Positions 37,503-48,360 of a stretch of DNA of 64,000 nt are shown one piece after another. This DNA comes from a virus. The stretch lies in IMG/VR virus record IMGVR_UViG_3300008262_000047, one strand, 5' to 3'. Below the pieces are notes generated by a model, which saw only the letters and a list, made by a program, of their open reading frames with translations, was not told where the DNA came from and did no database searches. A program made the translations under genes and the position numbers. Numbering within the stretch: the stretch's first letter is position 1; every line of letters starts with the position of its first letter.

Positions 37503-37510
37503 TATACATA

Positions 37511-37539
37511 TTGACAAATAGATATTAACATATTATATT
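37511..37539 (+). promoter_or_regulatory. Sigma70-like promoter TTGACA-N17-TATATT
   Basis: Consensus -35, 17-nt spacer, near-consensus -10, upstream of 37567. Confidence 0.7.
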
Positions 37540-37566
37540 TTTACTATTCTTTTTGTGGAGTGAAAC

Positions 37567-38025
37567 ATGAGTACAATTACATTTGAACAATTATTAGATG
37601 TCATCAACGAAAACCCATCGGAATATGAAGAACGATATGTCCGATGGGTTACCGTTGCCCATGATAAAAAGAAGTTAACTGAACTTCTGTATGAATTGAA
37701 ATATCTAAAGGAAGAAAACAAGTGGCCTGAAAGAATACAACTACTTGAAGAAATTCTTGAAGAAACAGGGCATGAACATTGCTACAATCTTTTGGTGAAT
37801 GAGCCACAAACCGCTCGTTTCGCTTTGATTGAAAAATTTGCTCGTCAAGCCGCCATGGAAGTATTAATTTTTGACCGATATGGTATTGAAACATTAAATA
37901 TCATCACACAACTCCCACTTGCTGATTATCAATTGGTGGTGAAGCGAGTTTATGAAATTGTCACGATGATTCGTGACATCACAACATCCACTACATCATT
38001 GGCACAAGGATTGGCGGGTGTATGA
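37567..38025 (+). CDS. Hypothetical helical protein
   Basis: GGAG RBS; ORF track. Confidence 0.7.
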   Translation: MSTITFEQLLDVINENPSEYEERYVRWVTVAHDKKKLTELLYELKYLKEENKWPERIQLLEEILEETGHEHCYNLLVNEPQTARFALIEKFARQAAMEVLIFDRYGIETLNIITQLPLADYQLVVKRVYEIVTMIRDITTSTTSLAQGLAGV

Positions 38026-38720
38026 AGAAGAACATTTATGGTTTGAGTGCATGGAGATTTCAACCCACGAAATTGGCAATTCTTGTTCCATGTCGAGAAA
38101 ATATGTACAGTTTATTCGCATCATCACTTGTTGAATTAGTGAAAACAACAACGATGGTGGGTATTGATGTGCATGTACTTTATAATCAAAGTACTATTCT
38201 ATTAACCCAACGAGAAAAGTTGGCACAACAAGCACTTGAAATTAACGCTGATTATGCCCTATGGCTAGATTCTGACATGTTATTTCCCAGCAGTGCAGCA
38301 TTACGATTAATGGGACACAATAAGGATGTTGTCTGTTCCAACTACATGAAACGTTCTGTTCCTTTACAGACAGTTGCCTATCCTGAACGAGGTGACTGGG
38401 ACAATTGGTTGCCATTGGAATATGACCAAGAATTACAAGAAGTTGAGGGGGTTGGCATGGGGTGTGTCATGATGAAAACCGAAGTGTTAACAAAAATTCA
38501 ACCTCCCTATTTTGCTTTTGAGTATAAAGATAAAGAATGGCATGGTGAAGATTTCTACTTCCAAAAGAAATTACGCGATGCGGGATATAAGATTTGGGTG
38601 GACATGAATCTCAGCCGCCAAGTACGTCATGTAGGACAATGGGCGTTTGGTCCATCCATTGATGTGAATGACGAAAAGATTGTTAAAAAACATAAAGCTA
38701 AAATGAAGAAGGAGTCATAA
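38022..38720 (+). CDS. GT-A (GT2-like) glycosyltransferase
   Basis: ALWLDSDMLFP, GVGMGCVMMK, GEDFYF, VRHVG. Confidence 0.8.
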   Translation: MKKNIYGLSAWRFQPTKLAILVPCRENMYSLFASSLVELVKTTTMVGIDVHVLYNQSTILLTQREKLAQQALEINADYALWLDSDMLFPSSAALRLMGHNKDVVCSNYMKRSVPLQTVAYPERGDWDNWLPLEYDQELQEVEGVGMGCVMMKTEVLTKIQPPYFAFEYKDKEWHGEDFYFQKKLRDAGYKIWVDMNLSRQVRHVGQWAFGPSIDVNDEKIVKKHKAKMKKES

Positions 38721-38721
38721 T

Positions 38722-39825
38722 ATGTTGAAAGGTGAAAGTTGGTTAGCCCATAGTGATTTGTTCACGAAATATTGGATTGTTGAAACAAAGCCATGGGTTC
38801 GTTCTCTTGGCTGGTTCACTGATTTTGAACAGACAGTCCGAGATTCTAAAGGGTGGGCTCAGGCGGGTGAAAAGGAACTCACCATTTATGAATACATCAA
38901 TGTGTTGGAAGAAAAAGGCTCAGAGAGAAAAATTTATCAGCATGCCAATGGCAAGTGGCAACACATTTCAGCTCCTTTAGTATTCGTTGTTCGAAAAAAT
39001 GATGAACTTGTATTCATTGCAGGTTGGGCAGGAGACCCCAAAACTATCAGAGAATATCAATCTCAAAGTGTGGATCCATGGGACTGGCCGGAAAAGATTA
39101 TTGTTGATGTCAATCCTCTAGCAGCAATTCACACATTGAAATTTAATCGCACAGAAAATTTAGAAACTCCTGTATTTTTTGCCAGTAACGGCGAAACAAA
39201 TGCAGATGAGAATTGGGAACACCTTGTTAAAATGTGTCCGCGAGCTGTCCGTATTGATGGAATTAACGGTCGTAGAAAAATGTTTTTACGCTGTGTGGAT
39301 TTATCAGAAGGGGCATCCCACTTCTTTGTAGTCACAGGAAAAAACAAATTAACTGACAAAACAATTTTTGATTATCCAGTAAAAGATGCACCGCGGGCAC
39401 ATCTCGTATTTAATGCTAAAAATATGAGTAATCGTCTAGAATATGGACACATGGGTGTCGTGGCATATAATACCGATTTGGTTCTTAGCACCCCTGAAAA
39501 CTTTGGTCTGGACTTCACCTCATATAGTCCCATTCATACAGTGCCGCGAACCGTATCAGAAGCCACATTTGCCACTAGTCCATTTGAGGCTTGGCGAACA
39601 GCATTCCGTGAGTGTGTGAAACTCACGTTACGAAATTCAATAAATGACCAACATTGGTTGGCACGTTGGATGGCGTTTGCCGAGGGAGTTCATAGTAATT
39701 GGGTACTTATTGGTGCAAAAGAAGGGCATGAATTTGCTCTACGATATAAAGATTCCCCCGATGAATTACGGAACACTGTTGATTGGAATTGGCTTGATAA
39801 TCACTTCAAAACAACGCACACATAA
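38722..39825 (+). CDS. Glycosyltransferase-like protein (GT-A-like C-terminal half, no obvious DxD)
   Basis: ETNADENW, RIDGING, LEYGHMG, SPFEAWRTAFRECVKL. Confidence 0.55.
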   Translation: MLKGESWLAHSDLFTKYWIVETKPWVRSLGWFTDFEQTVRDSKGWAQAGEKELTIYEYINVLEEKGSERKIYQHANGKWQHISAPLVFVVRKNDELVFIAGWAGDPKTIREYQSQSVDPWDWPEKIIVDVNPLAAIHTLKFNRTENLETPVFFASNGETNADENWEHLVKMCPRAVRIDGINGRRKMFLRCVDLSEGASHFFVVTGKNKLTDKTIFDYPVKDAPRAHLVFNAKNMSNRLEYGHMGVVAYNTDLVLSTPENFGLDFTSYSPIHTVPRTVSEATFATSPFEAWRTAFRECVKLTLRNSINDQHWLARWMAFAEGVHSNWVLIGAKEGHEFALRYKDSPDELRNTVDWNWLDNHFKTTHT

Positions 39826-39833
39826 TCAATTCT

Positions 39834-39841
39834 TATAAATA
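39834..39841 (+). promoter_or_regulatory. Late promoter TATAAATA
   Basis: Exact motif upstream of gp13. Confidence 0.75.
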
Positions 39842-39875
39842 GTTATTGTACTCATATCAATAGTTGAGGAAGATT

Positions 39876-40853
39876 ATGACAGCAATAACCACACGACAAC
39901 AATTAAAAGATTATTGTTTGCGTCGTTTAGGGTATCCCGTCATTGAAATCAATGTAGATGACGACCAAATAGAAGATAGAATTCAAGATGCCATTGACTT
40001 CTTTCATGAGTATCATTTCGATGGGGTGGAACGTGTTTATTTCACCCCAAAAATCACTTTATCTGAACTCTTTCTTTCAGGTATTTTAGGTGAAAATTTT
40101 GAGATAGGTGAGACCGTAGAAGGGGCAACATCAGAAGCCATAGGTGTTGTTGTTAGAAAATCACCTGGTATTTTAGTTATTAAAGGAGATGATCCTTTAA
40201 GACCTTTCGTTGCTAGTGAAGTTATTACAGGTTCCAATTCAGGATTTTCAACTACACTTCGAAACACGAATCCATATTTTGCAGGAACATTTGCAAAAAA
40301 ATATTTTGATGTAGCGGACCCGGTCACAGGTGTTATCCGCGTTTTCCCATTGGGGTCAGCAGGATCAAGTTCAGCAGGCACCACAAATATTTTCAATGTT
40401 GTATATCAATTCAGATTGAATGACATGTATAATTTGTTGTCATCTGATGTTACATATTACAATCAAGTGAAAATGCACTTACAATTACTTGATGATATGT
40501 TTGCGGGTAATAGAACTATTCGTTTCAATAGAAAAATGAATCGTTTGTATATTGATGTAAATTGGGAAGAAACTTTCTCTGAGGGTGATTATGTGGCAGT
40601 TGAGGCTTTTGTGATGGTTGAACCAGAAACATTCACAGAAGTATATAATGATATGTTTTTAAAGAGATATGCCACAGCCCTTATCAAACGTCAATGGGGT
40701 ACAAACTTAAAGAAGTTCCAAGGTATGCAACTTCCGGGCGGCGTTCAAATGGATGGACAACGTATGTTCGAAGAATCCATGGAAGAAATTCGTCAAATCG
40801 AAATAGAAATGCAAAGTCGTTACGAACTTCCTGTTGACTTTATGGTGGGATAA
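39876..40853 (+). CDS. gp13: Neck protein
   Basis: LKDYCLRRLGYPVIEINVDDDQIEDRI, YHFDG, KRQWGTNLKKF, LPGGV; start at the ATG after GAGG. Confidence 0.93.
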   Translation: MTAITTRQQLKDYCLRRLGYPVIEINVDDDQIEDRIQDAIDFFHEYHFDGVERVYFTPKITLSELFLSGILGENFEIGETVEGATSEAIGVVVRKSPGILVIKGDDPLRPFVASEVITGSNSGFSTTLRNTNPYFAGTFAKKYFDVADPVTGVIRVFPLGSAGSSSAGTTNIFNVVYQFRLNDMYNLLSSDVTYYNQVKMHLQLLDDMFAGNRTIRFNRKMNRLYIDVNWEETFSEGDYVAVEAFVMVEPETFTEVYNDMFLKRYATALIKRQWGTNLKKFQGMQLPGGVQMDGQRMFEESMEEIRQIEIEMQSRYELPVDFMVG

Positions 40854-41593
40854 TGCCAACCAATTTTTATTTTCAAAGCGGTAACACCTCGGGAGTTACC
40901 AATGAACAGCGACTCTTGGAAGATTTAATCATTGAAAGCATCAAGATTTATGGTCATGATGTATACTATCTTCCTCGTTCATCAGGTAATCAAGATAATG
41001 TATTGGGAGAAGATGTATTAAGTCGCTTTGATACTGCCATTCCATTAGAAATGTATTTGGCAAACATTCAAGGATGGGACGGCAATGGTGAACTATTCAC
41101 AAAGTTTGGTATCAATGTAAATGACCAAGCCACATTCGTTGTTTCAAAACGTAGATGGGAAGATAGTGTAGGAGCCAGTCCCCCGGAATTACTACAACTC
41201 CCATCTCGTCCCGCTGAAGGAGATTTAATTTATCTCCCGAAAACTAACAGTATGTTTGAAATTAAGTTCGTGCAACACCTTGATCCATTCTATCAATTAG
41301 GCAAATTTTACATTTACAGTATGAGTTGTGAATTGTATCAATATAGTTCAGAAGTGTTTTCAACAGGTGTTGCAGAAATTGATGTCACAGTTGACACCAT
41401 TACACAAGATGCCTATGAATATGAAGTGTTAACTCAAACAGGCGGCAGGTTGTTAACACAAGCAGGATTCTCAATTATCAAACAAGATTTCAAAACAATT
41501 GATAATGTACCGTTTTCTGATACAGAATTTTTCGAATCTGAAGGCAGCGACATTCTTGATTTTTCTGAAGTTAATCCATTTGGTGAATACTAA
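40853..41593 (+). CDS. gp14: Neck protein
   Basis: ESIKIYGHDVYYLPR, RPAEGDLIY, PFYQLGK, FSEVNPFG. Confidence 0.93.
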   Translation: MPTNFYFQSGNTSGVTNEQRLLEDLIIESIKIYGHDVYYLPRSSGNQDNVLGEDVLSRFDTAIPLEMYLANIQGWDGNGELFTKFGINVNDQATFVVSKRRWEDSVGASPPELLQLPSRPAEGDLIYLPKTNSMFEIKFVQHLDPFYQLGKFYIYSMSCELYQYSSEVFSTGVAEIDVTVDTITQDAYEYEVLTQTGGRLLTQAGFSIIKQDFKTIDNVPFSDTEFFESEGSDILDFSEVNPFGEY

Positions 41594-42402
41594 TGTTTAA
41601 TAATCGTCACTTCTATCATCAACATATACGTAAGGCTATTATTGCTTTTGGTACGTTGTTTAATAACATCACATTACGTAGAATAAACGCCGAAGGTGAA
41701 GTTGCACAAAGTTTGTTTGTGCCATTAAGTTATGCCCCAAAGCAAAAGTTCATAGACCGTATTCGTGAAGCTCCTGAACTAGAAACAGGTCGTGCAACGT
41801 TTCAAATTACATTACCCCGTATGGGATTTGAAATAACAAATTTTAATTATGATGCATCTAGAAAATTAGCTGTTACACAAAATGTTCGTTCAGTTGATAC
41901 AACAGGTACAACAAATACGGGTGTTCGCTATTCATATATTTCTACCCCATATAACATGGGGATTAGTTTAAGTGTGTTTGCAAAAAATCAAGATGATGGA
42001 TTACAAATTGTGGAACAAATTCTCCCCTATTTCAATCCTGATTTCAATGTCACAATTAATGAAATTCCTGAACTGGGCGTGAAACGTGACTTACAAATTG
42101 TACTGGATAACATCAGTTATCAAGATGAGTGGGAGGGAGGATTTGATAAGCGGTTGAGTGTAATTTGGGATTTGAACTTTACAATTAAAATGAACTTCTT
42201 TGGGTATGTGCAAGATGCCAATCTCATCAAGAAAACAATACAAAACATATATACAGATTATGGATTGTTTGAAGGACAACCTCCTACAAATACTCAGGTT
42301 GGTAGAAGAATCACAACTACCACAGACCCAGAAAATGCAACACCTATAGATAATTATACATTCGTACAAGAATTTGATGACATTTTTTCGAGTGAAATAT
42401 GA
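41593..42402 (+). CDS. gp15: Tail sheath stabiliser / tail terminator
   Basis: FGTLFNNI, VPLSYAPKQK, LPRMGFE, QIVEQILPYFNP. Confidence 0.93.
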   Translation: MFNNRHFYHQHIRKAIIAFGTLFNNITLRRINAEGEVAQSLFVPLSYAPKQKFIDRIREAPELETGRATFQITLPRMGFEITNFNYDASRKLAVTQNVRSVDTTGTTNTGVRYSYISTPYNMGISLSVFAKNQDDGLQIVEQILPYFNPDFNVTINEIPELGVKRDLQIVLDNISYQDEWEGGFDKRLSVIWDLNFTIKMNFFGYVQDANLIKKTIQNIYTDYGLFEGQPPTNTQVGRRITTTTDPENATPIDNYTFVQEFDDIFSSEI

Positions 42403-42800
42403 GCTTTGATAAGTTAGATGAAAAATTTCAAGTTGTTTCAACGACAGTAGACGAGGTGGAAGAAAAGACATCTCCTGTAATAGAAGATGATGCCCAACAC
42501 GCCCGTGAAACATTGAGAAATTTAATTGATAAGGGGAATGAAGCCATTGACGGTATCTTACATATTGCAAAAAACAGTGACCATCCCCGAGCATATGAAG
42601 TTGCAGGACAACTCATTAAGACTGTTTCTGATACTGCCAAGGATTTACTTGAAGTTCAAAAGCGGAAAAAAGAATTGGAAAAAACAGATAAACCAAAAAT
42701 ACAGACACAAAACAATTTGTTCGTTGGTTCAACTCATGAGTTATTGAAAGCCATGAAGAAAGTCAATGAACCCATTACAATACAGGATGTAAATGATTGA
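42399..42800 (+). CDS. gp16: Terminase small subunit
   Basis: HPRAYEVAGQLIK, NNLFVGSTHEL. Confidence 0.92.
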   Translation: MSFDKLDEKFQVVSTTVDEVEEKTSPVIEDDAQHARETLRNLIDKGNEAIDGILHIAKNSDHPRAYEVAGQLIKTVSDTAKDLLEVQKRKKELEKTDKPKIQTQNNLFVGSTHELLKAMKKVNEPITIQDVND

Positions 42801-44436
42801 AGAAAACAATTCGTACCATGGCAATCCTAACTTAAAACCTGTTGGTCATCAACACCAGTTCACACCAGAAGAAATTCAGGAATTTGTGAAGTGTCAAGAG
42901 GATCCAATTTATTTCATTGAGAATTATTGTCACATTGTTACACTTGACCATGGATTACAACTTTTCAAACTGTACGGTTGTCAGAAAACGAAAGTTAATG
43001 TTATTCTGAATAATCGTAAAGTGGTACTTATGGAAGGGCGTCAGCAAGGAAAAACTATCACGGCTGCCGCATGTATCCTATGGTATACATTATTTCAAGA
43101 GAGTAAAACTGTAGCAATTCTAGCCAATAAAGGTAGTGCTGCGCGTGAAGTATTAGACCGTTATCAAATCATGTATGAACATCTTCCCATCTGGATGCAA
43201 CAAGGAGTTCGTACTTGGAACAAAGGTAACGTTGAGTTGGAAAATGGAAGTAAGGTGTTTACTGCTGCCACAACAGGATCCGGTATTCGTGGTAAGTCTG
43301 TTAACTGGCTGTATATTGACGAAGCTGCCATTATCCCGAACAACATTGCAGAACAATTCTTTGCGTCTGTATATCCGACAATTTCTGCCGGTACAACAAC
43401 CAAGATTCTGCTAACATCCACCCCATTAGGTTACAACCATTTTTGGAAATTCTGGAACGAAGCTGAAAAGGGTAAAAACGGGTTCGTTCATCACTTTATT
43501 CCATATTGGGAAATTCCGGGTCGTGATGAAGCCTGGGCAGAAGAACAAAGAAAGACGTTGGGTGATGTGAAATTCAATCAAGAAGTACTATGTCAGTTTT
43601 TGGGTTCTACAAACACGTTGATTAATGGCGCAACACTGGCATATATGAGTAGTATGGATCCTGTGTTTTACAATGAAATGGGGTTGTCCATTTATACTGA
43701 ACCCAGCAAAGATAGAATGTATGTCATTTGTGTTGACGTTGCCCGAGGTGTGGGAGGAGATTATTCGGCATTCACCATTGTTGATGTCACTGAGATGCCG
43801 TATAAACTTGTAGGTAAGTTTAAAAACAATACCATTTCTCCCATGTTGTTCCCAGATGTCATTGTGAAAGCTGCACGAGATTACAATAATGCATATATAC
43901 TTGTAGAAACAAATGACATTGGCGGACAAATTGCAGACATTCTACATATTGAACATGAATATGAAAATATGCTCTGTACAATACAAGAAAACAAACAAAC
44001 CTACATTAGTCCAGGATTTGCCAAATCCACAACAATGGGTGTTAGAACCACAAAGTCTGTGAAACGTCAAGGGTGTTTCGCCATCAAATCTCTCCTCGAG
44101 GAGAAAAAACTAAATATATTTGACGCCGAAACCATTCATGAATTTTCAACATTCATTGAGAAAAATGGTACATTCGTAGCTGACGAAGGATATCATGATG
44201 ACTTAGTGATGACGTTAGTACTATTTGGTTGGCTTACCACAAACCAATATTTCCGCGAACTCACAGACATCAACGTTCGTGAGAGAATCTACAAACAACA
44301 AATGATGCAAATTGAAGATGAACTGACACCATTTGGTTTCATAGATGACGGCACTTCAGAATCCATATTTGTTGAGAACAATATTGTGTGGTCAACCGAT
44401 AAATCTTTGCCATGGAACAACATCTACAAGAATTAA
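42793..44436 (+). CDS. gp17: Terminase large subunit
   Basis: RQQGKT Walker A, YIDEAA Walker B, STPLGYNHF, DVARGVGGDYS, HDDLVM. Confidence 0.96.
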   Translation: MIEENNSYHGNPNLKPVGHQHQFTPEEIQEFVKCQEDPIYFIENYCHIVTLDHGLQLFKLYGCQKTKVNVILNNRKVVLMEGRQQGKTITAAACILWYTLFQESKTVAILANKGSAAREVLDRYQIMYEHLPIWMQQGVRTWNKGNVELENGSKVFTAATTGSGIRGKSVNWLYIDEAAIIPNNIAEQFFASVYPTISAGTTTKILLTSTPLGYNHFWKFWNEAEKGKNGFVHHFIPYWEIPGRDEAWAEEQRKTLGDVKFNQEVLCQFLGSTNTLINGATLAYMSSMDPVFYNEMGLSIYTEPSKDRMYVICVDVARGVGGDYSAFTIVDVTEMPYKLVGKFKNNTISPMLFPDVIVKAARDYNNAYILVETNDIGGQIADILHIEHEYENMLCTIQENKQTYISPGFAKSTTMGVRTTKSVKRQGCFAIKSLLEEKKLNIFDAETIHEFSTFIEKNGTFVADEGYHDDLVMTLVLFGWLTTNQYFRELTDINVRERIYKQQMMQIEDELTPFGFIDDGTSESIFVENNIVWSTDKSLPWNNIYKN

Positions 44437-44459
44437 AGTATTTTGAAGGTGTGTAAAGT

Positions 44460-44467
44460 TATAAATA
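44460..44467 (+). promoter_or_regulatory. Late promoter TATAAATA
   Basis: Exact motif upstream of gp18. Confidence 0.75.
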
Positions 44468-44535
44468 TTATAAACCATAGTGTAATCACGCCCTGAAAAT
44501 ACTATTAAGATTTCAATCACTAACAGGAGAATAAA

Positions 44536-46209
44536 ATGGCATTTCAATTATCACCAGGCGTACTTGTAGTCGAAAAAGACCTAACAGGTATCGTTCCTGC
44601 TGTTGCCACATCAATAGGTGGCTACGTAGGAGCCTTCCAATGGGGTCCGGTAGAACAAATCACAACCATCAGCAACGAAGCTGAACTCGTCAAAACATTT
44701 GCAAAGCCAAACAATACAGTTGCCGCTAGCTGGTTCTCAGCCGCCAACTTCTTGGCATATGGCAACAACTTAAAGGTTGTTCGCTCAGTAGGTAGTAATG
44801 CAAAGAATGCTGTAACATCAGGCACAGCAATTCTCATCAAGAACGAAGACCAATGGGAAGCACAATATTCAAACGGCGCCGCATCAGTAGGTGAATGGGC
44901 TGCTAAGTTCCCAGGTGTTCTAGGTAACTCATTAAAGGTGTCAGCATGTGACGCTTCAGGCTTCTCAGCATGGACCTATCGCACAGAATTCGACGCAGCA
45001 CCTGGCACATCAGACTTCCTCGTGAATTTAGGAAACACTGAAGCCGGCGACGAAATGCACATTGTCGTTGTTGACGAAGATGGTTTATGGACAGGCACAC
45101 CTGGTACTGTACTAGAAAAGTTTGCATTCGTTTCAAAGGGTAGTGACGTTAAGAAGGCTGACGGATCAAATGCATTCTATCGTGATGTACTTCGTGGTTC
45201 ACGTTACGTATATTGGATGGATCATCCTGCAGGAACAAACTGGGGCAGTGCTGCATCAGCATCAATCGAATATGATGGCTTAGGATCAGACGATTGGTCA
45301 CTTGCCAATGGTGTTTCTGACGATGCACCATCAACCGGCGCACTTCAAACAGGTTGGGACTTATTTGCCAATGCAGAAATCGTTGATGTAAATCTTCTAT
45401 TCAACGGTCCTAACGCATTAGCAGTTGGACAATACATGATTCAAACTGCTCAAGCACGTATGGATTGCGTAGGTTTCGTTTCACCTCTCTTAGCATCTGT
45501 ATTAAATAACGCAGGCAGCGAAGCTGAGGACATCATCACAGACCGTCAAGATACATTAAATGTCAATACATCATATGGTGTTATGGACTCAGGTTGGAAA
45601 TATCAATACGACAAGTACAATGATTTGTATCGTTGGGTTCCATTGAATGCCGACATTGCAGGTCTCTGTGCACGTACTGACACCATTGCCGATCCTTGGT
45701 TCTCACCAGGTGGTTTAAATCGTGGTCAAATCAAGAATGTTGTGAAGTTGGCATATTCACCTGACAAGACTGACCGCGATGAACTATATAAGAATGGCAT
45801 CAACCCAGTTGTGTCATTCCCAGGCGAAGGTACTGTATTGTTTGGCGACAAGACACTTCTTGCCAAGCCATCAGCTTTCGATAGAATCAACGTTCGTCGT
45901 TTGTTCATCGTTCTAGAAAAGGCAATTGCCACAGCAGGCAAGTATCAATTGTTTGAATTCAACGATGCCTTCACACGCGCACAATTCCGTAACTTAGTGG
46001 AACCATTCTTGCGCGATGTTCGTGGTCGTCGTGGTATCTTTGACTTCCGCGTAGTTTGCGATGAAACAAATAACACAGGCGAAGTCATTGACCGTAACGA
46101 ATTCGTAGCTGACATCTTCATCAAGCCAGCTCGTTCAATCAACTTCATGCAATTGAACTTCATCGCCACACGTACTGGTGTGAGCTTTGAAGAAGTCGTA
46201 GGCGCCTAA
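44536..46209 (+). CDS. gp18: Tail sheath protein
   Basis: SPGVLVVEKD, FQWGP, WFSPGGLNRG, FDRINVRRLF, IKPARSINF. Confidence 0.96.
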   Translation: MAFQLSPGVLVVEKDLTGIVPAVATSIGGYVGAFQWGPVEQITTISNEAELVKTFAKPNNTVAASWFSAANFLAYGNNLKVVRSVGSNAKNAVTSGTAILIKNEDQWEAQYSNGAASVGEWAAKFPGVLGNSLKVSACDASGFSAWTYRTEFDAAPGTSDFLVNLGNTEAGDEMHIVVVDEDGLWTGTPGTVLEKFAFVSKGSDVKKADGSNAFYRDVLRGSRYVYWMDHPAGTNWGSAASASIEYDGLGSDDWSLANGVSDDAPSTGALQTGWDLFANAEIVDVNLLFNGPNALAVGQYMIQTAQARMDCVGFVSPLLASVLNNAGSEAEDIITDRQDTLNVNTSYGVMDSGWKYQYDKYNDLYRWVPLNADIAGLCARTDTIADPWFSPGGLNRGQIKNVVKLAYSPDKTDRDELYKNGINPVVSFPGEGTVLFGDKTLLAKPSAFDRINVRRLFIVLEKAIATAGKYQLFEFNDAFTRAQFRNLVEPFLRDVRGRRGIFDFRVVCDETNNTGEVIDRNEFVADIFIKPARSINFMQLNFIATRTGVSFEEVVGA

Positions 46210-46238
46210 ACTAAATAACTTCTAGGAGATAGAAACAA

Positions 46239-46754
46239 ATGGATATTACCCAATTTAGAAACAAGTTAGGCGCAGGTGGTGCTCGTCCAAATCAATTTTT
46301 GGTAACACTTACTTGGCCTGCAGCAGTAGGAGTAGCCGCTTCTGATGACTCATTACTTGTCACAGCCGCTGCACTCCCTGCATCAAACGTTAACCCAACA
46401 ATCGTTCAATATCGTGGTCGTGAAGTAAAGATGGCAGGAGAACGCATCTTTGATCCATGGACAATCACAGTTATCAACGATACATCTTTGAAGATGCGTC
46501 AATACTTCGAACGCTGGACAAACTTAATGAACGACCGTGTAAACAACGGTGGTCAATTAACCCCTGCGTTGTATCAATGTGATTTACGTGTACAACAATT
46601 GGATAGAAATGATGTTACACTTCGTACATATGAAATTCGTAACGCATTCCCAATTAACGTTTCAGAAATTGCATTAGCATACAGTCAAAATGATGTCATT
46701 TCAGAATTCACAGTGACTTTCCAATATTCGCATTTTGACGTAACACCTGTTTAA
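46239..46754 (+). CDS. gp19: Tail tube protein
   Basis: GGARPNQF, YRGREVKMAGER, WTITVIND, EFTVTFQY. Confidence 0.95.
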   Translation: MDITQFRNKLGAGGARPNQFLVTLTWPAAVGVAASDDSLLVTAAALPASNVNPTIVQYRGREVKMAGERIFDPWTITVINDTSLKMRQYFERWTNLMNDRVNNGGQLTPALYQCDLRVQQLDRNDVTLRTYEIRNAFPINVSEIALAYSQNDVISEFTVTFQYSHFDVTPV

Positions 46755-46776
46755 TCTTTGACAAGGTAAAAATATT

Positions 46777-48360
46777 ATGGATATTTTTGGATATAGCATC
46801 AAGCGGAAGGAGCCCGCACGAACTGAAATTAGTTTCGTGCCTCCTTCCGACGATGGTGCTCTCGACACTGTCCGGGCAGGTGGGTACTACGGTACCTACC
46901 TCGACCTGGATAATGCAGCAAAAAATGAATCAGATTTAATTCAACGCTATCGTGCCATTTCTTTAATGGCGGATGTTGATAGTGCCATTGATGATATCGT
47001 CAATGAATCCATTGCCAATATTGAAGATGAGGATCCTATTGAAATTGATTTAGATGATGTAAAGGCTCCAGCATCAATCAAGAAAGCCATCAAGGAAGAA
47101 TTTGCAAACATCACACAAATTCTTGACTTTAAACATCGAGCACAAGATTATTTTCGTCGCTGGTATGTAGATGGTCGTGTGTATTTTCACAAAGTTGTAG
47201 ACGTAGCAAAACCCAAACAAGGGTTAACTGATATTCGTTATATTGATCCAAGAAAAATCAAGAAAATCAGAAACGTCATTAAAGAAACTGAAAAAAATAC
47301 AGGTGTAGAACTTGTACGTAAGGTGGAAGAATTTTTCGTATATAATGAAAAGGGTGTATTAACTACACCTGTGACACAAGCAAGTCCAAGTGCCACACAA
47401 GGATTGAAAATAACCAAAGACGCCATTTGTTATGTCCCATCAGGTTTAGTTGATGTAGATAATAACATGGTGTTGAGCTATTTACATAAAGCCATCAAAA
47501 CAGCAAACCAATTGCGTATGATGGAAAATGCTCTTGTCATCTATCGTTTAGCAAGAGCGCCCGAAAGAAGAATTTTCTATATTGATGTAGGTAACCTTCC
47601 CAAGTTGAAGGCTGAACAATACATCAAGGACATCATGAATCGTTATCGCAACAAGTTGGTGTATGATGCCAACACAGGCGAGATTCGTGATGATAAAAAG
47701 ACTATGAGCTTGTTGGAAGATTTCTGGTTGCCTCGTCGTGAAGGAGGTAAGGGTACTGAAATTGATACTCTACCTGGTGGTCAAAACCTCGGTGAAATTG
47801 CCGACATTGAATACTTCCAACGTAAGTTGTATGAAAGTTTATATGTTCCTGTTTCTCGTTTGCAACAACAATCAGGATTGAACTTTGGTCGTGCCGCTGA
47901 AATTAATCGTGATGAATTGAAGTTCACAAAATTCATCAATAAATTGCGCCGTCAATTTTCACGTATGTTTGATGACCTGTTGAAAACACAACTTGTGTTA
48001 AAAGGTGTCACAACTGAAACTGATTGGGAAGAAATGAAGGAAGATATCAAGTATAAGTTTGCTCAAGATGCCTATTATTCTGAAAGCAAAGACCAAGAAT
48101 TGTTGCGGGCTCGCGTTGAATTACTATCACAACTTGCAGAATTTGATGGTAAATATATAAGTAAGAGTTACATTCAAAAGCATGTGTTGCGTTTAACTGA
48201 TGAAGAAATTGCACAAATGAATTCAGAAAACGAAGAAGCTGCTTCAGCAGGAATGGATTACTCTGAACCCCTTGAAGACCCAAATCAGCCCGGCAACATA
48301 TTACCTAAGGGATCTCCTTTCCCCGCCCCACCGGAGAAGAAAAAGAATGGAACTACATGA
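46777..48360 (+). CDS. gp20: Portal vertex protein
   Basis: WYVDGR, IYRLARAPERRIFYIDVGNLPK, EDFWLPRREGGKGTEI. Confidence 0.96.
   Translation: MDIFGYSIKRKEPARTEISFVPPSDDGALDTVRAGGYYGTYLDLDNAAKNESDLIQRYRAISLMADVDSAIDDIVNESIANIEDEDPIEIDLDDVKAPASIKKAIKEEFANITQILDFKHRAQDYFRRWYVDGRVYFHKVVDVAKPKQGLTDIRYIDPRKIKKIRNVIKETEKNTGVELVRKVEEFFVYNEKGVLTTPVTQASPSATQGLKITKDAICYVPSGLVDVDNNMVLSYLHKAIKTANQLRMMENALVIYRLARAPERRIFYIDVGNLPKLKAEQYIKDIMNRYRNKLVYDANTGEIRDDKKTMSLLEDFWLPRREGGKGTEIDTLPGGQNLGEIADIEYFQRKLYESLYVPVSRLQQQSGLNFGRAAEINRDELKFTKFINKLRRQFSRMFDDLLKTQLVLKGVTTETDWEEMKEDIKYKFAQDAYYSESKDQELLRARVELLSQLAEFDGKYISKSYIQKHVLRLTDEEIAQMNSENEEAASAGMDYSEPLEDPNQPGNILPKGSPFPAPPEKKKNGTT

Noticed and set aside
44536-46209. 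Short (557 aa) tail sheath as a deletion
   Set aside because: The conserved N- and C-terminal motifs are intact, and the outer sheath domains are known to vary in length.
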